A DNA stretch of 64,000 nt from Patescibacteria group bacterium. GTDB taxonomy: Bacteria; Patescibacteriota; Minisyncoccia; Phycocordibacterales; UBA918. The position numbers and the translations under genes are program-made. Shown piece by piece: positions 1 through 10,466 of the stretch. The first letter of the stretch is position 1. Each line of letters opens with the position of its first letter. The notes beneath the pieces were generated by a model. The model was not told where the DNA came from. It did not search any database and worked only from the letters and a program-made list of their open reading frames with translations. Location: assembly GCA_040386275.1 (NCBI GenBank), contig JAZKFU010000005.1, positions 7,378-71,377 of the forward strand, in the 5' to 3' direction.

Positions 1-139
1 AGCTTTTCCCTCTTTTTTGATACTTAGTTGCTGATTTCCCTACCTATCACAGGTTACAAAATACTGCCTCACGGTGTATTACATGATTCAAAATGTCTAA
101 CCAGCAATCCTGAGTACTTTTTGATATACTAGGAACATT

Positions 140-1129
140 ATGAGCGATTCGCCAAAGAAAACCATCACGAGAGATGATGCCGGACATCTCGATCAGACGT
201 TACGACCCCAAAGTTGGGAGGAATATGTTGGCCAAAGTAAGATTAAAGAAAATCTGCGCATTTTACTAGAAGCCGCACGCGAACGAGGTCATGCCGCGGA
301 ACACATTTTATTGTACGGCCCGCCCGGATTAGGTAAAACCACATTGGCGCACCTGATTTCGAAAACCCTAGGCACCAACATGCGTACCACTTCTGGCCCC
401 GCCATAGAACGAGTAGGTGATTTGGCGGCCATCCTGACCAACCTTAGTCCCGGCGACGTACTCTTTATTGATGAAATTCATCGCTTAAGCAAAACCATTG
501 AGGAAGTCCTCTACCCAGCCATGGAATCAGGCGTGCTTGATATCATTATCGGTAAAGGTCCTTCTGCGCGTACCGTACAATTAGAACTCCCGCCGTTTAC
601 CCTGGTTGCAGCCACTACTCGGATATCGCTTCTTTCTGCCCCCTTACGCTCCCGTTTTTCTGGCGGAACCTTTCGGTTAGAGTTTTACACCGATACCGAA
701 ATTGCTGACATTTTGACTCGTTCTGCCTCCCTATTACAAGTAACAGCCGATAGTGCTGTTATGCATAATATTGCCGTCCGCTGTCGCGCCACCCCTCGAA
801 CGGCTAACTATCTTTTGAAACGCTGTCGTGACCTTGCTCAACTTGAGAAAGGTGACCTCACTTCAGATATCGTGCAAAAAACTTTTAAACTACTTGAAGT
901 CGACACCCTGGGGTTAGGTGCTCCTGACCGGGCTGTGCTAGAAGCTATTATTCATAAGTTCGGTGGCGGACCGGTAGGTCTTAACACCATCGCAGCGGCA
1001 ACTGGTGAAGAACAGTCAACTATTGAAGATGTTATTGAACCCTACCTCATTCGACAAGGACTCCTAGAACGGACTCCTCGTGGTCGAGTAGCCGCCGCTC
1101 TCGCGTACAGTCATTTACAAGAATTATAA
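140..1129 (+). CDS. ruvB: Holliday junction branch migration helicase RuvB
   Basis: LRP..EYVGQ, Walker [28 protein letters not shown] motifs. Confidence 0.98.
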   Translation: MSDSPKKTITRDDAGHLDQTLRPQSWEEYVGQSKIKENLRILLEAARERGHAAEHILLYGPPGLGKTTLAHLISKTLGTNMRTTSGPAIERVGDLAAILTNLSPGDVLFIDEIHRLSKTIEEVLYPAMESGVLDIIIGKGPSARTVQLELPPFTLVAATTRISLLSAPLRSRFSGGTFRLEFYTDTEIADILTRSASLLQVTADSAVMHNIAVRCRATPRTANYLLKRCRDLAQLEKGDLTSDIVQKTFKLLEVDTLGLGAPDRAVLEAIIHKFGGGPVGLNTIAAATGEEQSTIEDVIEPYLIRQGLLERTPRGRVAAALAYSHLQEL

Positions 1130-1208
1130 ATAGACTAGAATCAACCTATTAGAAATAGTAGTTTTAAAGAGACTCCTCTTCATTACTACGCTCATAAGAA
1201 AATCTGGC

Positions 1209-1754
1209 ATGAGTGGACATAATAAATGGTCAAAAATTAAACACAAAAAAGCAGCTACCGATGGACAAAAGAGTAAAATCTTTTCCAAACATTCAATGTT
1301 GATTGCGATGGAGTCCCGAAAAGCCGGTGGTAATTTAGCGTCAGCCTCTTTGCAGGCCGCTATCTCTCGTGCTAAAGCCGACTTAATGCCAAAGGATAAT
1401 ATCGACCGAGCCGTAGCCAAGGGTTCAGGTGTCGGCGGTGCTGCTTTAACCGAAGTACTGTTTGAAGCGTTCGGCCCAGGAGGAACAGCCATTTTAATTA
1501 CCGCCGTGACCGACAACAACAATCGAACAGCTCCAGAAATTCGTAGCATTTTTACCAAAGCCGGACTGGCGCTCGGTGGCCCTGGTTCTGCTTCCTGGGC
1601 ATTTACCAAAGCAGATGCCGGGTATGTACCTATGAATCCCGTAGAACTCTCAGACGAAGATGGAGAAAAGTTAGCTGATTTGATTGAGAAGTTAGAGGAT
1701 CAGGAGGATGTGCAAGAAGTCTTTACCACCGCCGATGAGCCCGAAGAGGCATAA
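1209..1754 (+). CDS. yebC: YebC/PmpR family protein (short, 181 aa form)
   Basis: MSGHNKWSKIKHKK N-terminus, GPGG..TDN.NRT, C-terminal EDQEDVQEV; lies between ruvB and ruvC. Confidence 0.95.
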   Translation: MSGHNKWSKIKHKKAATDGQKSKIFSKHSMLIAMESRKAGGNLASASLQAAISRAKADLMPKDNIDRAVAKGSGVGGAALTEVLFEAFGPGGTAILITAVTDNNNRTAPEIRSIFTKAGLALGGPGSASWAFTKADAGYVPMNPVELSDEDGEKLADLIEKLEDQEDVQEVFTTADEPEEA

Positions 1755-1864
1755 GAACCTCATCTACTGCGTTGCGCTACGTTAAATAATTTTTCAACGT
1801 ACAAGAAGTACGTCTCAAAATATTTACCTTGCGCGCCTTGTATCTGAAGTCCTTCTGCCTCTTC
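1743..1864 (+). repeat. ERIC-like intergenic hairpin, copy A
   Basis: Imperfect 122-bp palindrome; core TCAACGTAC-AAGAA-GTACGTCTC (1794-1816); flanking CTGCGTTG / GCCTTGTATCTG. Confidence 0.8.
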
Positions 1865-1896
1865 TTTCTTTGCAAGCAAAAATTAAATTATAAATT

Positions 1897-2015
1897 AGAC
1901 GCTCAAAAATCGATACAGTCCTAGGCGCGGAAATAAAAGTTTGCGAGCCGTACTTTTGTACGGTGAGTAAAATTTTATGCACCGCTACAACGGAATGTGC
2001 GATTTTTGTGCGTCT
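1897..2015 (-). repeat. ERIC-like intergenic hairpin, copy B
   Basis: 119-bp imperfect palindrome; core on minus strand TCACCGTAC-AAAA-GTACGGCTC, with TTCCGTTGT / GCCTAGGACTG. Confidence 0.8.
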
Positions 2016-2040
2016 TCTCTAAAATGGTAGACTATGTCAT

Positions 2041-2520
2041 ATGAGAGTATTAGCTATTGATCCGGGATATGACAGGCTTGGGGTGGCGGTAATGGAGTAC
2101 CAGAACGGAAAAGAACATTTGATTTTTTCGACCTGCGTGGAAACGGACAGAAAAAGTGACTTGCCCGAACGTCTGTTTATGGTCGGAGATACCATCGCTA
2201 CACTTATTGCCACCCACGCCCCTGATACCGTCGCTATTGAAACGCTCTTTTTTAATAAAAATGTTAAAACTGCAATTGGGGTGGCCCAGGCTCGTGGCAT
2301 CATTATCTACCTCGCTAAAAAATCGGGCTGTGTAGTTCATGAATTTGGCCCTCAAGAAATTAAAGTGGCGGTAACTGGTTACGGTAACAGTGATAAAGCA
2401 GCGGTGTTTGCTATGGTAACTCGACTGGTACCCAATGTACCAAGGAAAGCTCTTGACGATGAGTACGATGCAATTGCTGTTGGTATTACCTGCCTTGCAC
2501 AATTTGGACGAAACCCGTAG
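2041..2520 (+). CDS. ruvC: Crossover junction endodeoxyribonuclease RuvC
   Basis: IDPG, IE.LFF, QARG, K.AVTGYG, DD..DA motifs. Confidence 0.96.
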   Translation: MRVLAIDPGYDRLGVAVMEYQNGKEHLIFSTCVETDRKSDLPERLFMVGDTIATLIATHAPDTVAIETLFFNKNVKTAIGVAQARGIIIYLAKKSGCVVHEFGPQEIKVAVTGYGNSDKAAVFAMVTRLVPNVPRKALDDEYDAIAVGITCLAQFGRNP

Positions 2521-2594
2521 AATCTCGAGCGTACTGGTAAAGGGAGTTGCATAAAATGACAACCTTTGTTACAACATTTACATAAATAATTGAT

Positions 2595-2870
2595 ATGATA
2601 AGCAACTTTGCAAAAAACGACGACGACATCGAAGAACCGGAAGAGTTAAATGATGAGGATGCAACCCTTGCTGATGATTTACTCGATGAAGTAGCCGCTG
2701 ACGAAGTCGAAGAAGATGACGCTCTACTGGAAGGCTTTGGAATTTTAACTGAAAAGGAAGTACCTGAAGATGAAGAAGAAAAAGACGAGGATGAAGAAGG
2801 TGATGCGGAACTCGAGGACGATGCTGAGGATGTAGAGTTTGACGCGTTTGATGACATTGACGAGCTCTAA
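2595..2870 (+). CDS. Highly acidic small protein
   Basis: 91-aa ORF, 46 Asp/Glu residues, followed directly by a terminator. Confidence 0.75.
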   Translation: MISNFAKNDDDIEEPEELNDEDATLADDLLDEVAADEVEEDDALLEGFGILTEKEVPEDEEEKDEDEEGDAELEDDAEDVEFDAFDDIDEL

Positions 2871-2906
2871 CAAAAAACACCCCCTGTGCAGGGGGTGTTT
2901 TTTGTT
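2869..2906. terminator. Bidirectional intrinsic terminator
   Basis: AACAAAAAACACCCCCTG-TG-CAGGGGGTGTTTTTTGTT between convergent genes. Confidence 0.85.
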
Positions 2907-2907
2907 A

Positions 2908-4152
2908 TTACGTTGTGCGGAGGATGACGATATTCTTTTTTCCTCTTTTCAGTGGCTTAATCTCCCCTGCTGTAAGCGTAATGACGGCCTCTAAATTAGT
3001 AACTTTAACTCCGTCGTAGGTAATAGCACCTGACTCAATAAAGGTTCGCGCTTCTCGATTACTCGAAGCTAATCCTGAAGAAACTAATAGCTCAATCAGT
3101 GATGTTGGTGCAGTCACCGTAATAGCAGGTGCATTCGTTAAGAGGATATCTTTTTCTAACGGCGAAAGTGTAGTGGTATCTTTATCACTAAAGAGTATTC
3201 CGGCCACGTTGGCTACAGCGTTTGCTGTTTCAGACCCATGAACAAAGGCAGTAACGGCGAGCGCCAACTCTCGTTGCGCCCGGCGTTCACTTGGATGTTG
3301 CTTAAAATCAGCCACAATTGTTTCAATTTCTTCTAATGAAAGGAGTGTGAATAATTTTAAATAATCAACCACCCCTTCATCCCCTTGATTGAGCCAAAAT
3401 TGATAAAATGCAAACGGTGAAGTTTTTTCGGCATCAAGCCAAATCGCATTCCCCTCACTTTTACCAAACTTTTTACCGGTACTTTTATCTACCACCAAGG
3501 GAACGGTTATCGCATGAACTGTTTTTTGTTCTTTACGACGAATCAACTCTACTCCCGCTATAATATTCCCCCACTGATCTGAACCCCCCACCTGAACATC
3601 ACACCCGTGTTCTTTATTAAGGACTAAGTAGTCATACCCTTGTAGTAACGGGTAGGCAAATTCGGTATAAGAAAGTCCGACGTCACTTCCCAGTCTCGTC
3701 GCAATGGCATCTTTTTTTATTAATTCATTAACGGTAAAGTGTTTTCCAATATCTCGCAAAAAGGTTAAGAGACCTACTGAACCGAGCCAATCTTTATTAT
3801 TTACAAACGTAATCGGTACATTCTCTCCCCCAATTAACCGCTGGGCTTGGGCTTTAATTTTCTCAACATTACCATCAGTTATAGCTACGTCTTGTAACAC
3901 CCGCTCAGCATTAGGCTTGGGGTCACCAATCATACCCGTACCACCCCCCACCAAAAAAATAACTCGGTGTCCCGCCTGAGCTAAATGGTGCAACAACAAC
4001 CAAATCACCATATTACCCGCGTGTGCTGAGTCAGCACTCGGGTCAATCCCGTGGTAAATAGTCCGTTTAGGACCATCCAGAACATCGGCGAGCGATTCAC
4101 TGGTATGTTGATGAATAAATCCGCGTTTAGTTAAATCAGTAGATAACGACAT
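2908..4152 (-). CDS. tyrS: Tyrosine--tRNA ligase
   Basis: YHGIDPSADSAHAGN (HIGH-like), QVGGSDQWGNI, KFGKS, C-terminal S4 domain; start placed at MSLSTD. Confidence 0.97.
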   Translation of the reverse strand: MSLSTDLTKRGFIHQHTSESLADVLDGPKRTIYHGIDPSADSAHAGNMVIWLLLHHLAQAGHRVIFLVGGGTGMIGDPKPNAERVLQDVAITDGNVEKIKAQAQRLIGGENVPITFVNNKDWLGSVGLLTFLRDIGKHFTVNELIKKDAIATRLGSDVGLSYTEFAYPLLQGYDYLVLNKEHGCDVQVGGSDQWGNIIAGVELIRRKEQKTVHAITVPLVVDKSTGKKFGKSEGNAIWLDAEKTSPFAFYQFWLNQGDEGVVDYLKLFTLLSLEEIETIVADFKQHPSERRAQRELALAVTAFVHGSETANAVANVAGILFSDKDTTTLSPLEKDILLTNAPAITVTAPTSLIELLVSSGLASSNREARTFIESGAITYDGVKVTNLEAVITLTAGEIKPLKRGKKNIVILRTT

Positions 4153-4228
4153 AGCTATAATGTACCACACTCATTTGTTAATTTAACTAGACAAATTATG
4201 CTACTATTGGCACTATACACACAAATTT

Positions 4229-6508
4229 ATGTTCAAAAAACTCATTACAAAAGACTGGTGGAAGAAAAACTATAAACGAATTATCGTTGATAGTTTAATT
4301 GTTATGTTCGTCGGCACCGTCTTAATCGTGAGTGGTCTCTTAATTTGGGTATCCACCTTAGAAATACCTGATCTTTCCTCATTTGAAGACAGACGGATTC
4401 TTCAATCTACTAAAATTTATGACCGAACGGGGGAAATTCTTTTATATGACCTTCACCAAGACGTAAAGCGGACGATAGTTCCCTACGAAAACATCTCTCG
4501 CAACATCAAAAACGCCACCATAGCGATTGAAGATGAACGGTTTTATAGTCACTTTGGGATTGACTTAAAATCAATTGTTCGAGCAGCAGTCGTTAACACC
4601 ACCGCCGGTGATCTTTTAGGCGGACAAGGTGGTTCAACAATTACGCAGCAAGTAATCAAAAACTCGGTATTGCAACGAGATAAAAAACTGTCACGAAAAG
4701 TAAAAGAGGCTATTTTATCCATTAAGCTTGAACGAACGCTTTCTAAAGATGAGATTTTAAGTATCTACCTTAACGAATCCCCGTACGGCGGAACTATCTA
4801 TGGGGTAGAGGAGGCTTCTCAGTCTTTCTTTGGCAAAAAAGCCAGTGATGTAACACTCGCTGAAGCGGCGTATCTCGCTTCCCTCCCGCAAGCTCCTACA
4901 TACCTCTCTCCTTACGGCAACAACAAAGAAGATCTTGATGCTCGAAAAAATGTTACCTTGCGAAAAATGCTGGAAAACCAACTCATTTCAGCCGACGAGT
5001 ACAATCAAGCAAAAGATGAAGTAGTGACTTTTTTGCCCCAGGCTATTTCTGGTATTCGCGCCCCGCACTTTGTAATGTTTGTGCGCGAGCAATTAGTAAA
5101 ACAATACGGTGAAGAAGCGCTCGCTGAACGTGGGTTTAAAGTTATCACAACGCTTAACTATGAATTCCAAGAAAAGGCTGAGAAAATCGTAGCTGAAAAA
5201 GCAGCCATCAACAAAGAACGTTTTAAAGCAGATAACGCTGGCTTAGTAGCAGTTGACCCAAAGAACGGAGATGTACTTACTATGGTAGGATCAAAGGATT
5301 ATTTCAGTGAAGAAATTGACGGCAACTTTAATATAGCCCTCGCTGAACGTCAGCCTGGATCTGCAATTAAACCCTTTATTTACGCGGCCGCTTTTTCTAA
5401 AGGCTACCTCCCTAATACTATTCTCTTTGACGTTAAAACTCAGTTCTCTCCACTATGTCCACCTGATAGCACCAGCTCTGAATCACCATGTTATTCTCCA
5501 AACAACTACAACGGAAAATTCTTAGGACCAATCAGTATGCGCAACGCCATGGCGCAATCATTAAACATCCCAGCTGTAAAAACATTGTACCTAGCCGGCA
5601 TTAAAAACTCGCTTAAGCTGGCAGCAGACATGGGTCTCACCACCCTTAATGACCCCGAACGATACGGACTAACCCTAGTACTCGGCGGTGGTGAAGTTCG
5701 CCTACTTGATATGACTCATGCGTTTGGAGTCTTTGCCAACGAAGGCGTGCGCGCAGAACCACGCAGCGTGCTAAAGATTGAAGATTCTCAAGGTAACCTT
5801 GTATTTGAAAGCCAGGTAGCCAGTAAGCGAGTTCTCGACCGTAACGTTGCATTAATGATTAGTGACGTACTTACTGACAACGTTGCCCGAACACCACTAT
5901 GGGGAGCAAACTCACTGGTTAATTTCACCACTCGTGATGTAGCCTCAAAAACCGGAAGTACCAACAACCTCCGTGATGCCTGGCTTATGGGGTACACGCC
6001 TAACCTCGCAGTAGGCACCTGGGTCGGAAACAACAACAACGCCCCGATGGGTGGTGGCCTTTCAGGATTAATTGTTACCCCTATGTGGCGAGAGTTCTTT
6101 GATTTTGCCCTCGAGAAAATTCCTGATGAAAAATTTGCCCAACCACAAATAGACTTAGCGGGAGTTAAGCCCATAATTCGTGGTGACTATATTGATAGCT
6201 CAATCTTAATCTCCCAAGCACAAACTGGATCTACCACCCCTGACATTAGTGGAGTCATCAATAGTATTCACGACATCTTGTATTACGTCGATAAAAATGA
6301 CCCTCAAGGACCATACCCTTCAAACCCTAATGTAGACGATCAATTTGCTAACTGGGAATATGGAGTGCAAGCGTGGAAAAACGCCACGTACGGTGCCATT
6401 TTAGCCGCTTCAGTTGCATCTTCTACAGCAGAGACAGTGACACCAGATGAAGAAACTGAGGAAGAGGAGGAGACGCCCAGACGGCGACGAAACAATCGTG
6501 ACGATTAA
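4229..6508 (+). CDS. Class A penicillin-binding protein (PBP1A family)
   Basis: N-terminal TM; transglycosylase EDERFY.H.G.D, GGSTITQQ, RK.KE; transpeptidase S..K (GSAIK), SLN, KTG. Confidence 0.95.
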   Translation: MFKKLITKDWWKKNYKRIIVDSLIVMFVGTVLIVSGLLIWVSTLEIPDLSSFEDRRILQSTKIYDRTGEILLYDLHQDVKRTIVPYENISRNIKNATIAIEDERFYSHFGIDLKSIVRAAVVNTTAGDLLGGQGGSTITQQVIKNSVLQRDKKLSRKVKEAILSIKLERTLSKDEILSIYLNESPYGGTIYGVEEASQSFFGKKASDVTLAEAAYLASLPQAPTYLSPYGNNKEDLDARKNVTLRKMLENQLISADEYNQAKDEVVTFLPQAISGIRAPHFVMFVREQLVKQYGEEALAERGFKVITTLNYEFQEKAEKIVAEKAAINKERFKADNAGLVAVDPKNGDVLTMVGSKDYFSEEIDGNFNIALAERQPGSAIKPFIYAAAFSKGYLPNTILFDVKTQFSPLCPPDSTSSESPCYSPNNYNGKFLGPISMRNAMAQSLNIPAVKTLYLAGIKNSLKLAADMGLTTLNDPERYGLTLVLGGGEVRLLDMTHAFGVFANEGVRAEPRSVLKIEDSQGNLVFESQVASKRVLDRNVALMISDVLTDNVARTPLWGANSLVNFTTRDVASKTGSTNNLRDAWLMGYTPNLAVGTWVGNNNNAPMGGGLSGLIVTPMWREFFDFALEKIPDEKFAQPQIDLAGVKPIIRGDYIDSSILISQAQTGSTTPDISGVINSIHDILYYVDKNDPQGPYPSNPNVDDQFANWEYGVQAWKNATYGAILAASVASSTAETVTPDEETEEEEETPRRRRNNRDD

Positions 6509-6513
6509 GCTTT

Positions 6514-6543
6514 AAAAAACACCTGGACAGCCAGGTGTTTTTT
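6514..6543. terminator. Bidirectional intrinsic terminator
   Basis: AAAAAACACCTGG-ACAG-CCAGGTGTTTTTT. Confidence 0.85.
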
Positions 6544-6832
6544 AAAAAATGATTTTAGGTACACTCGTCTCCCCCAACCGAGCTTTAAGATGAATTAGAA
6601 TTTCCTCTTGGTGTAATTTTATTTCTTGCTTTAACACTGCCGGCGCAGTTAAAGAAATGGTTCGTGAATGTACAGCGTATTTTATATACTTAGGACTTAA
6701 CGCTACTCCAGTTAAATCAGCAATTACCTCTATCACCTCTTTAACCACACTACTTTGTGGTGCTTTAAGTACCTTTTTATATTTTTCAAAAAGTTCACTA
6801 ACTTTTGTAATTTCACCGCGCCGGGTTTTCAT
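6542..6832 (-). CDS. DciA/DUF721-like helicase loader (putative)
   Basis: 96 aa, TISLTAPAVLKQEIKLHQEEIL resembles DUF721; lies downstream of dnaN. Confidence 0.6.
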   Translation of the reverse strand: MKTRRGEITKVSELFEKYKKVLKAPQSSVVKEVIEVIADLTGVALSPKYIKYAVHSRTISLTAPAVLKQEIKLHQEEILIHLKARLGETSVPKIIF

Positions 6833-7044
6833 ATCTCTATTATAAAAGGAAATTTAGAAAATGAGTAAGGAGGGATTTATAGGTTTAAGTTAACGTCTTA
6901 AGGAGGTCTACTTTAACGATGACAAGTTCTAGCGATTTACCCCAGGAACGTTCACCTCAACGATTTCAGGTTCCAGGAGTTTGCCCTAGCGAGGGGCAAA
7001 CTCGGAACAAAATTCGCAATACACCCTTCGGGTGTTTGCTTATT

Positions 7045-8139
7045 TTATTTATTCATCGGCATCACGAGATACCTCAGAGTGGTATCAGATACACCTTGGA
7101 TTACCAGAGGCCTTCCAATGCCGGCAAAGTGCATTATAAGACTATCGTCACTAATATGTGACAGCGGATCAATTAAGTACTGTTGGTTAAAATTAAGCGT
7201 AAGGTCCTCCCCTTCTGTTTGCACTTTAATCGTATCGGTAGTGGTTCCAACTTCACCATTCTGAGACGAAATAGTTAATTCCGAAGCAGCAATTTTAATA
7301 GTAACCTGCATAAACTTATTTAAAAATACTTGTGTCTTTTTAAATGACTGCAAAATATCACTCTTAAGCGCAGTGGTGTGTGTCACATACTCCTTAGGAA
7401 TAATCTGCTCATAGTCGGGAAACGAGCCTGAGACGAGTCGTGACGTGATATACACCCCTTCAGAAAACGAAAGCGCACATTGATTATCATTAATAATGAG
7501 AGTTGGATCAGTTTCAAGCAAATCACAGATACGAGCTAATTCAATTGCGTTCTTTTGGGGAATAAGAATAGTTTGATTGAGTATAAAATTCTTTTGCGGA
7601 ACAGTCTTTTCCATCAACCTAAAAGAATCAGTAGCCACAAACGTGAGTGAGTGTTCTTTTTTTTGTTGAATAAAAATACTGCCTAATTCCGGCTTAATAG
7701 AAGACTGCGAAGCAGCAAACGCCACTGTCTTTATTCCTAACGCAAAAAGATTTTTTTGGATTGGAGAACCACCCACAGTTAGTTTTACAATTGACGGAAA
7801 CTCATCATACGGAATAGCGTTAATGGTAGTTTTACCACTTCCACTATCAACTAAGAGCACACCTTCAGTAACAGAGAGCGTTACATCCTTTTTAGTAATA
7901 TATTGCACTGCTTGCATTAAGGTGGTGGCTGAGACTGCCACAATTCCCTCTTCTTCCACATTAGCTTCCACTACCACCTCAATTCCTATCTCTAAGTTAG
8001 TCGCTTTAAAAGTGACTGTACCTTCTTTAACAGTAATTAAGACACACTGTAGAACGGGTAACGTTACATGTTTGATACTTACTCGGGTAATGAGTTCTAG
8101 TGCGTGGATAAGTTTTTGTTGGTTGAGTATTATTTTCAT
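7045..8139 (-). CDS. dnaN: DNA polymerase III beta clamp
   Basis: ATNLE, VATDSFRL, SRL..G.FPDY, YLVMPM; follows dnaA. Confidence 0.97.
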   Translation of the reverse strand: MKIILNQQKLIHALELITRVSIKHVTLPVLQCVLITVKEGTVTFKATNLEIGIEVVVEANVEEEGIVAVSATTLMQAVQYITKKDVTLSVTEGVLLVDSGSGKTTINAIPYDEFPSIVKLTVGGSPIQKNLFALGIKTVAFAASQSSIKPELGSIFIQQKKEHSLTFVATDSFRLMEKTVPQKNFILNQTILIPQKNAIELARICDLLETDPTLIINDNQCALSFSEGVYITSRLVSGSFPDYEQIIPKEYVTHTTALKSDILQSFKKTQVFLNKFMQVTIKIAASELTISSQNGEVGTTTDTIKVQTEGEDLTLNFNQQYLIDPLSHISDDSLIMHFAGIGRPLVIQGVSDTTLRYLVMPMNK

Positions 8140-8496
8140 TTTTTTATATTTTACTCTCTCTTATTAGGGGTGTGGAAGTGTGCATAAGCTAAAAATATGT
8201 TGTATTTATAAGGCTACTGTAGCACCTTTATTTATAAAATACCTGTGTATTTATCTGTGCATACTGTTCATTTCTTTGGGGATAGAACTGGTCTTTTCAT
8301 AATATGGGTATAACTCACTCTTTTATACCCACTATTTTTTGTAAAAATTAGCAGTATCGACGGTTTATTAGCCACTAAACCAGCTCTTCTTCCCCAGGGT
8401 TACAAAGGATCATCCCCAGTTTATCCCACGTTGGTGGGTATAACTGATACTGCTGTATAAAATAAAACATCAGGTATCCTCGTGATACCTGATGTT
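8140..8496. other. Probable oriC part between dnaA and dnaN
   Basis: AT-rich intergenic region with several degenerate DnaA boxes (e.g. TGTGCATAA ~8180, TGGGTATAA twice, GTGGATAA ~8104). Confidence 0.65.
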
Positions 8497-9882
8497 TTAT
8501 TTTAAGAGTAGTCGTACCTGAGTAATCTCTTCTTCTAGTTCGGCGTCTACTTTGAGGTCTCGTTTAATTTTTTCACAACTATGGATCACCGTGGTATGGT
8601 CTCTTCCTCCAAGTTTTTTACCAATGGCCGGGTACGATACCTGAAAATCTTCTCGTAAAATGTACATGATAATCTGTCTTGGCTTCACTACTTCTTTTCG
8701 ACGGGTCTTTTCGTAAATACTCGCTTGATCAATATCAAAGAAGCGTGCCACTTTATCAACTACATCAGAGACGGCTAGGGTTTTTCGGGGTCGACTACTG
8801 TTTTTAATAATCGCCTTTACCTCCTCGATAGTAAGGGTTCGTCCCAATAGTTGTGATTGGCACATAATGGTATTAAGAGCCCCTTCGAGTTCCCGGATGT
8901 TGCCTTCAATAGTTTGAGCGAGGTGTTCAACTACATCGTCAGCCAGAGAAATACTATTTTGCGCAGCTTTGGCGCGTAAAATAGCCGCTCGTGATTCTGT
9001 GTCGGGAGCAGGAATATCAACAATCATCCCCTGTCCAAACCGTGATCGTAACCGATCTTCCATACCAGCAAGTAACGCTGGGTGCATGTCACTTGAAAAC
9101 ACAATTTGCTTATTGGTGTCATGGAGCGCATTAAAGAGGTGAAATAATTCTTCTTGTGTCTTTTCTTTGGTGGCTAAGAACTGGACGTCGTCCATAATCA
9201 GAACATCATACTGGCGGTATTTGTCTTTAAAATTATTAGCAGTTCCACTTTGCAGCGCATTAAAGTAATCCACGGCAAACCGTTCACTGGTGACATAAAA
9301 CACCTTCTTACCAGTCTTTTTTACCTGATTACCTACCGCTTGAATGAGGTGAGTCTTACCGTGACCGGTTTTACCATAAATAAATAGTGGATTATACGCA
9401 ATTCCCGGCTTTTCACTCACAGTTTTAGCAGCTGCGTGCGCAAGCGCGTTGTAAGGGCCTACCACAAAGTTTTCAAAAGAATATTTTGGGTTAAGGTTAT
9501 CACTTTTATTGATGTAGTAATCCTCAAGCGGGAGAGCGGCATTAATGGTTTGAGTTTTATTGGTCTCCCCTCTTCTATCGCTCCGTTGTAGTACGGCGTA
9601 TTCAATACTCCGTACATAGGGAGTAATTTCACGCAGGGTTTTTAAAATCATTGACTGAAATTTATCAGCCAGCCAGTCCCGAACAAAAATACTCGGTACC
9701 CCAATAGTGAGGGTGCCGTCCTCAAGCGAAACAATGTGCGTGTCGCGAAACCAAGTCTTAAAGTTAGCAGGAGTGATTGATAGTTCAATCTTAACCAAGG
9801 CATTATCCCACAGACTTTTAACATCAATTTGCTCAGTTCGAACAATGCTATTGCTTTGATGTTGGTGTGTTACAGGAGGCAT
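8497..9882 (-). CDS. dnaA: Chromosomal replication initiator DnaA
   Basis: YNPLFIYG..G.GKTHL, DD.QFL, QEELFHLFN, GGRDHTTV. Confidence 0.99.
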   Translation of the reverse strand: MPPVTHQHQSNSIVRTEQIDVKSLWDNALVKIELSITPANFKTWFRDTHIVSLEDGTLTIGVPSIFVRDWLADKFQSMILKTLREITPYVRSIEYAVLQRSDRRGETNKTQTINAALPLEDYYINKSDNLNPKYSFENFVVGPYNALAHAAAKTVSEKPGIAYNPLFIYGKTGHGKTHLIQAVGNQVKKTGKKVFYVTSERFAVDYFNALQSGTANNFKDKYRQYDVLIMDDVQFLATKEKTQEELFHLFNALHDTNKQIVFSSDMHPALLAGMEDRLRSRFGQGMIVDIPAPDTESRAAILRAKAAQNSISLADDVVEHLAQTIEGNIRELEGALNTIMCQSQLLGRTLTIEEVKAIIKNSSRPRKTLAVSDVVDKVARFFDIDQASIYEKTRRKEVVKPRQIIMYILREDFQVSYPAIGKKLGGRDHTTVIHSCEKIKRDLKVDAELEEEITQVRLLLK

Positions 9883-9995
9883 AGTGATAATATTTCTAAA
9901 GCTGTGTGAATTATACTGGGTGAAAAAAAACTGTAAATACTAAGGCAATAAAGTGACTAAAAAGTACCCCTCAGTATTGATACTCTTTATGCAAC

Positions 9996-10015
9996 TGTGG
10001 ATAACCTGTGGACAA
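9996..10015. promoter_or_regulatory. Tandem DnaA boxes upstream of dnaA
   Basis: Perfect TGTGGATAA (9996-10004) and TGTGGACAA (10007-10015). Confidence 0.8.
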
Positions 10016-10145
10016 TAATTTTTTATACCAACTGTCCATCCCCTATCGAGTCACTCGTACTATTATTATACGGATAGTGAGGGTCGGTTAACAGGTTGCG
10101 AACTTTAAAATATCATGTATAGTTCTACCACTAATTACATTTAAT

Positions 10146-10301
10146 ATGAGTAAACGAACCTACCAACCAAGTAAGCAGAAACGAGCCACTACCCACGGCT
10201 TCTTAGTGCGTATGGCAACTACTGCCGGAGCCAAGATTATCCGCGCTCGAAGACGAGTGGGACGTGCACGACTAACCGTTAAGCCCTCAAAAGCTCGATA
10301 A
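10146..10301 (+). CDS. rpmH: 50S ribosomal protein L34
   Basis: Manually translated: [45 protein letters not shown]...; below the ORF-track cutoff. Confidence 0.97.
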   Translation: MSKRTYQPSKQKRATTHGFLVRMATTAGAKIIRARRRVGRARLTVKPSKAR

Positions 10302-10426
10302 ACAATTCTAAAAAGGCCCCATCTACGTTGTTGCCTGCACAGTTTATTAAGTTCATCGTACAAGAAGTACGTTTCACCTAAAAACTGCTGGTCGCCTAGT
10401 ATCTGGGGCCTTTTTAGAACCGTTTA
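10299..10426 (+). repeat. ERIC-like intergenic hairpin, copy C
   Basis: 128 bp with TA at both ends; 16-bp stem TTCTAAAAAGGCCCCA/TGGGGCCTTTTTAGAA; core TCATCGTAC-AAGAA-GTACGTTTC. Confidence 0.8.
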
Positions 10427-10466
10427 ATTACGCAAGGCAATATACTTTCTAGAGTATAATTTATAT

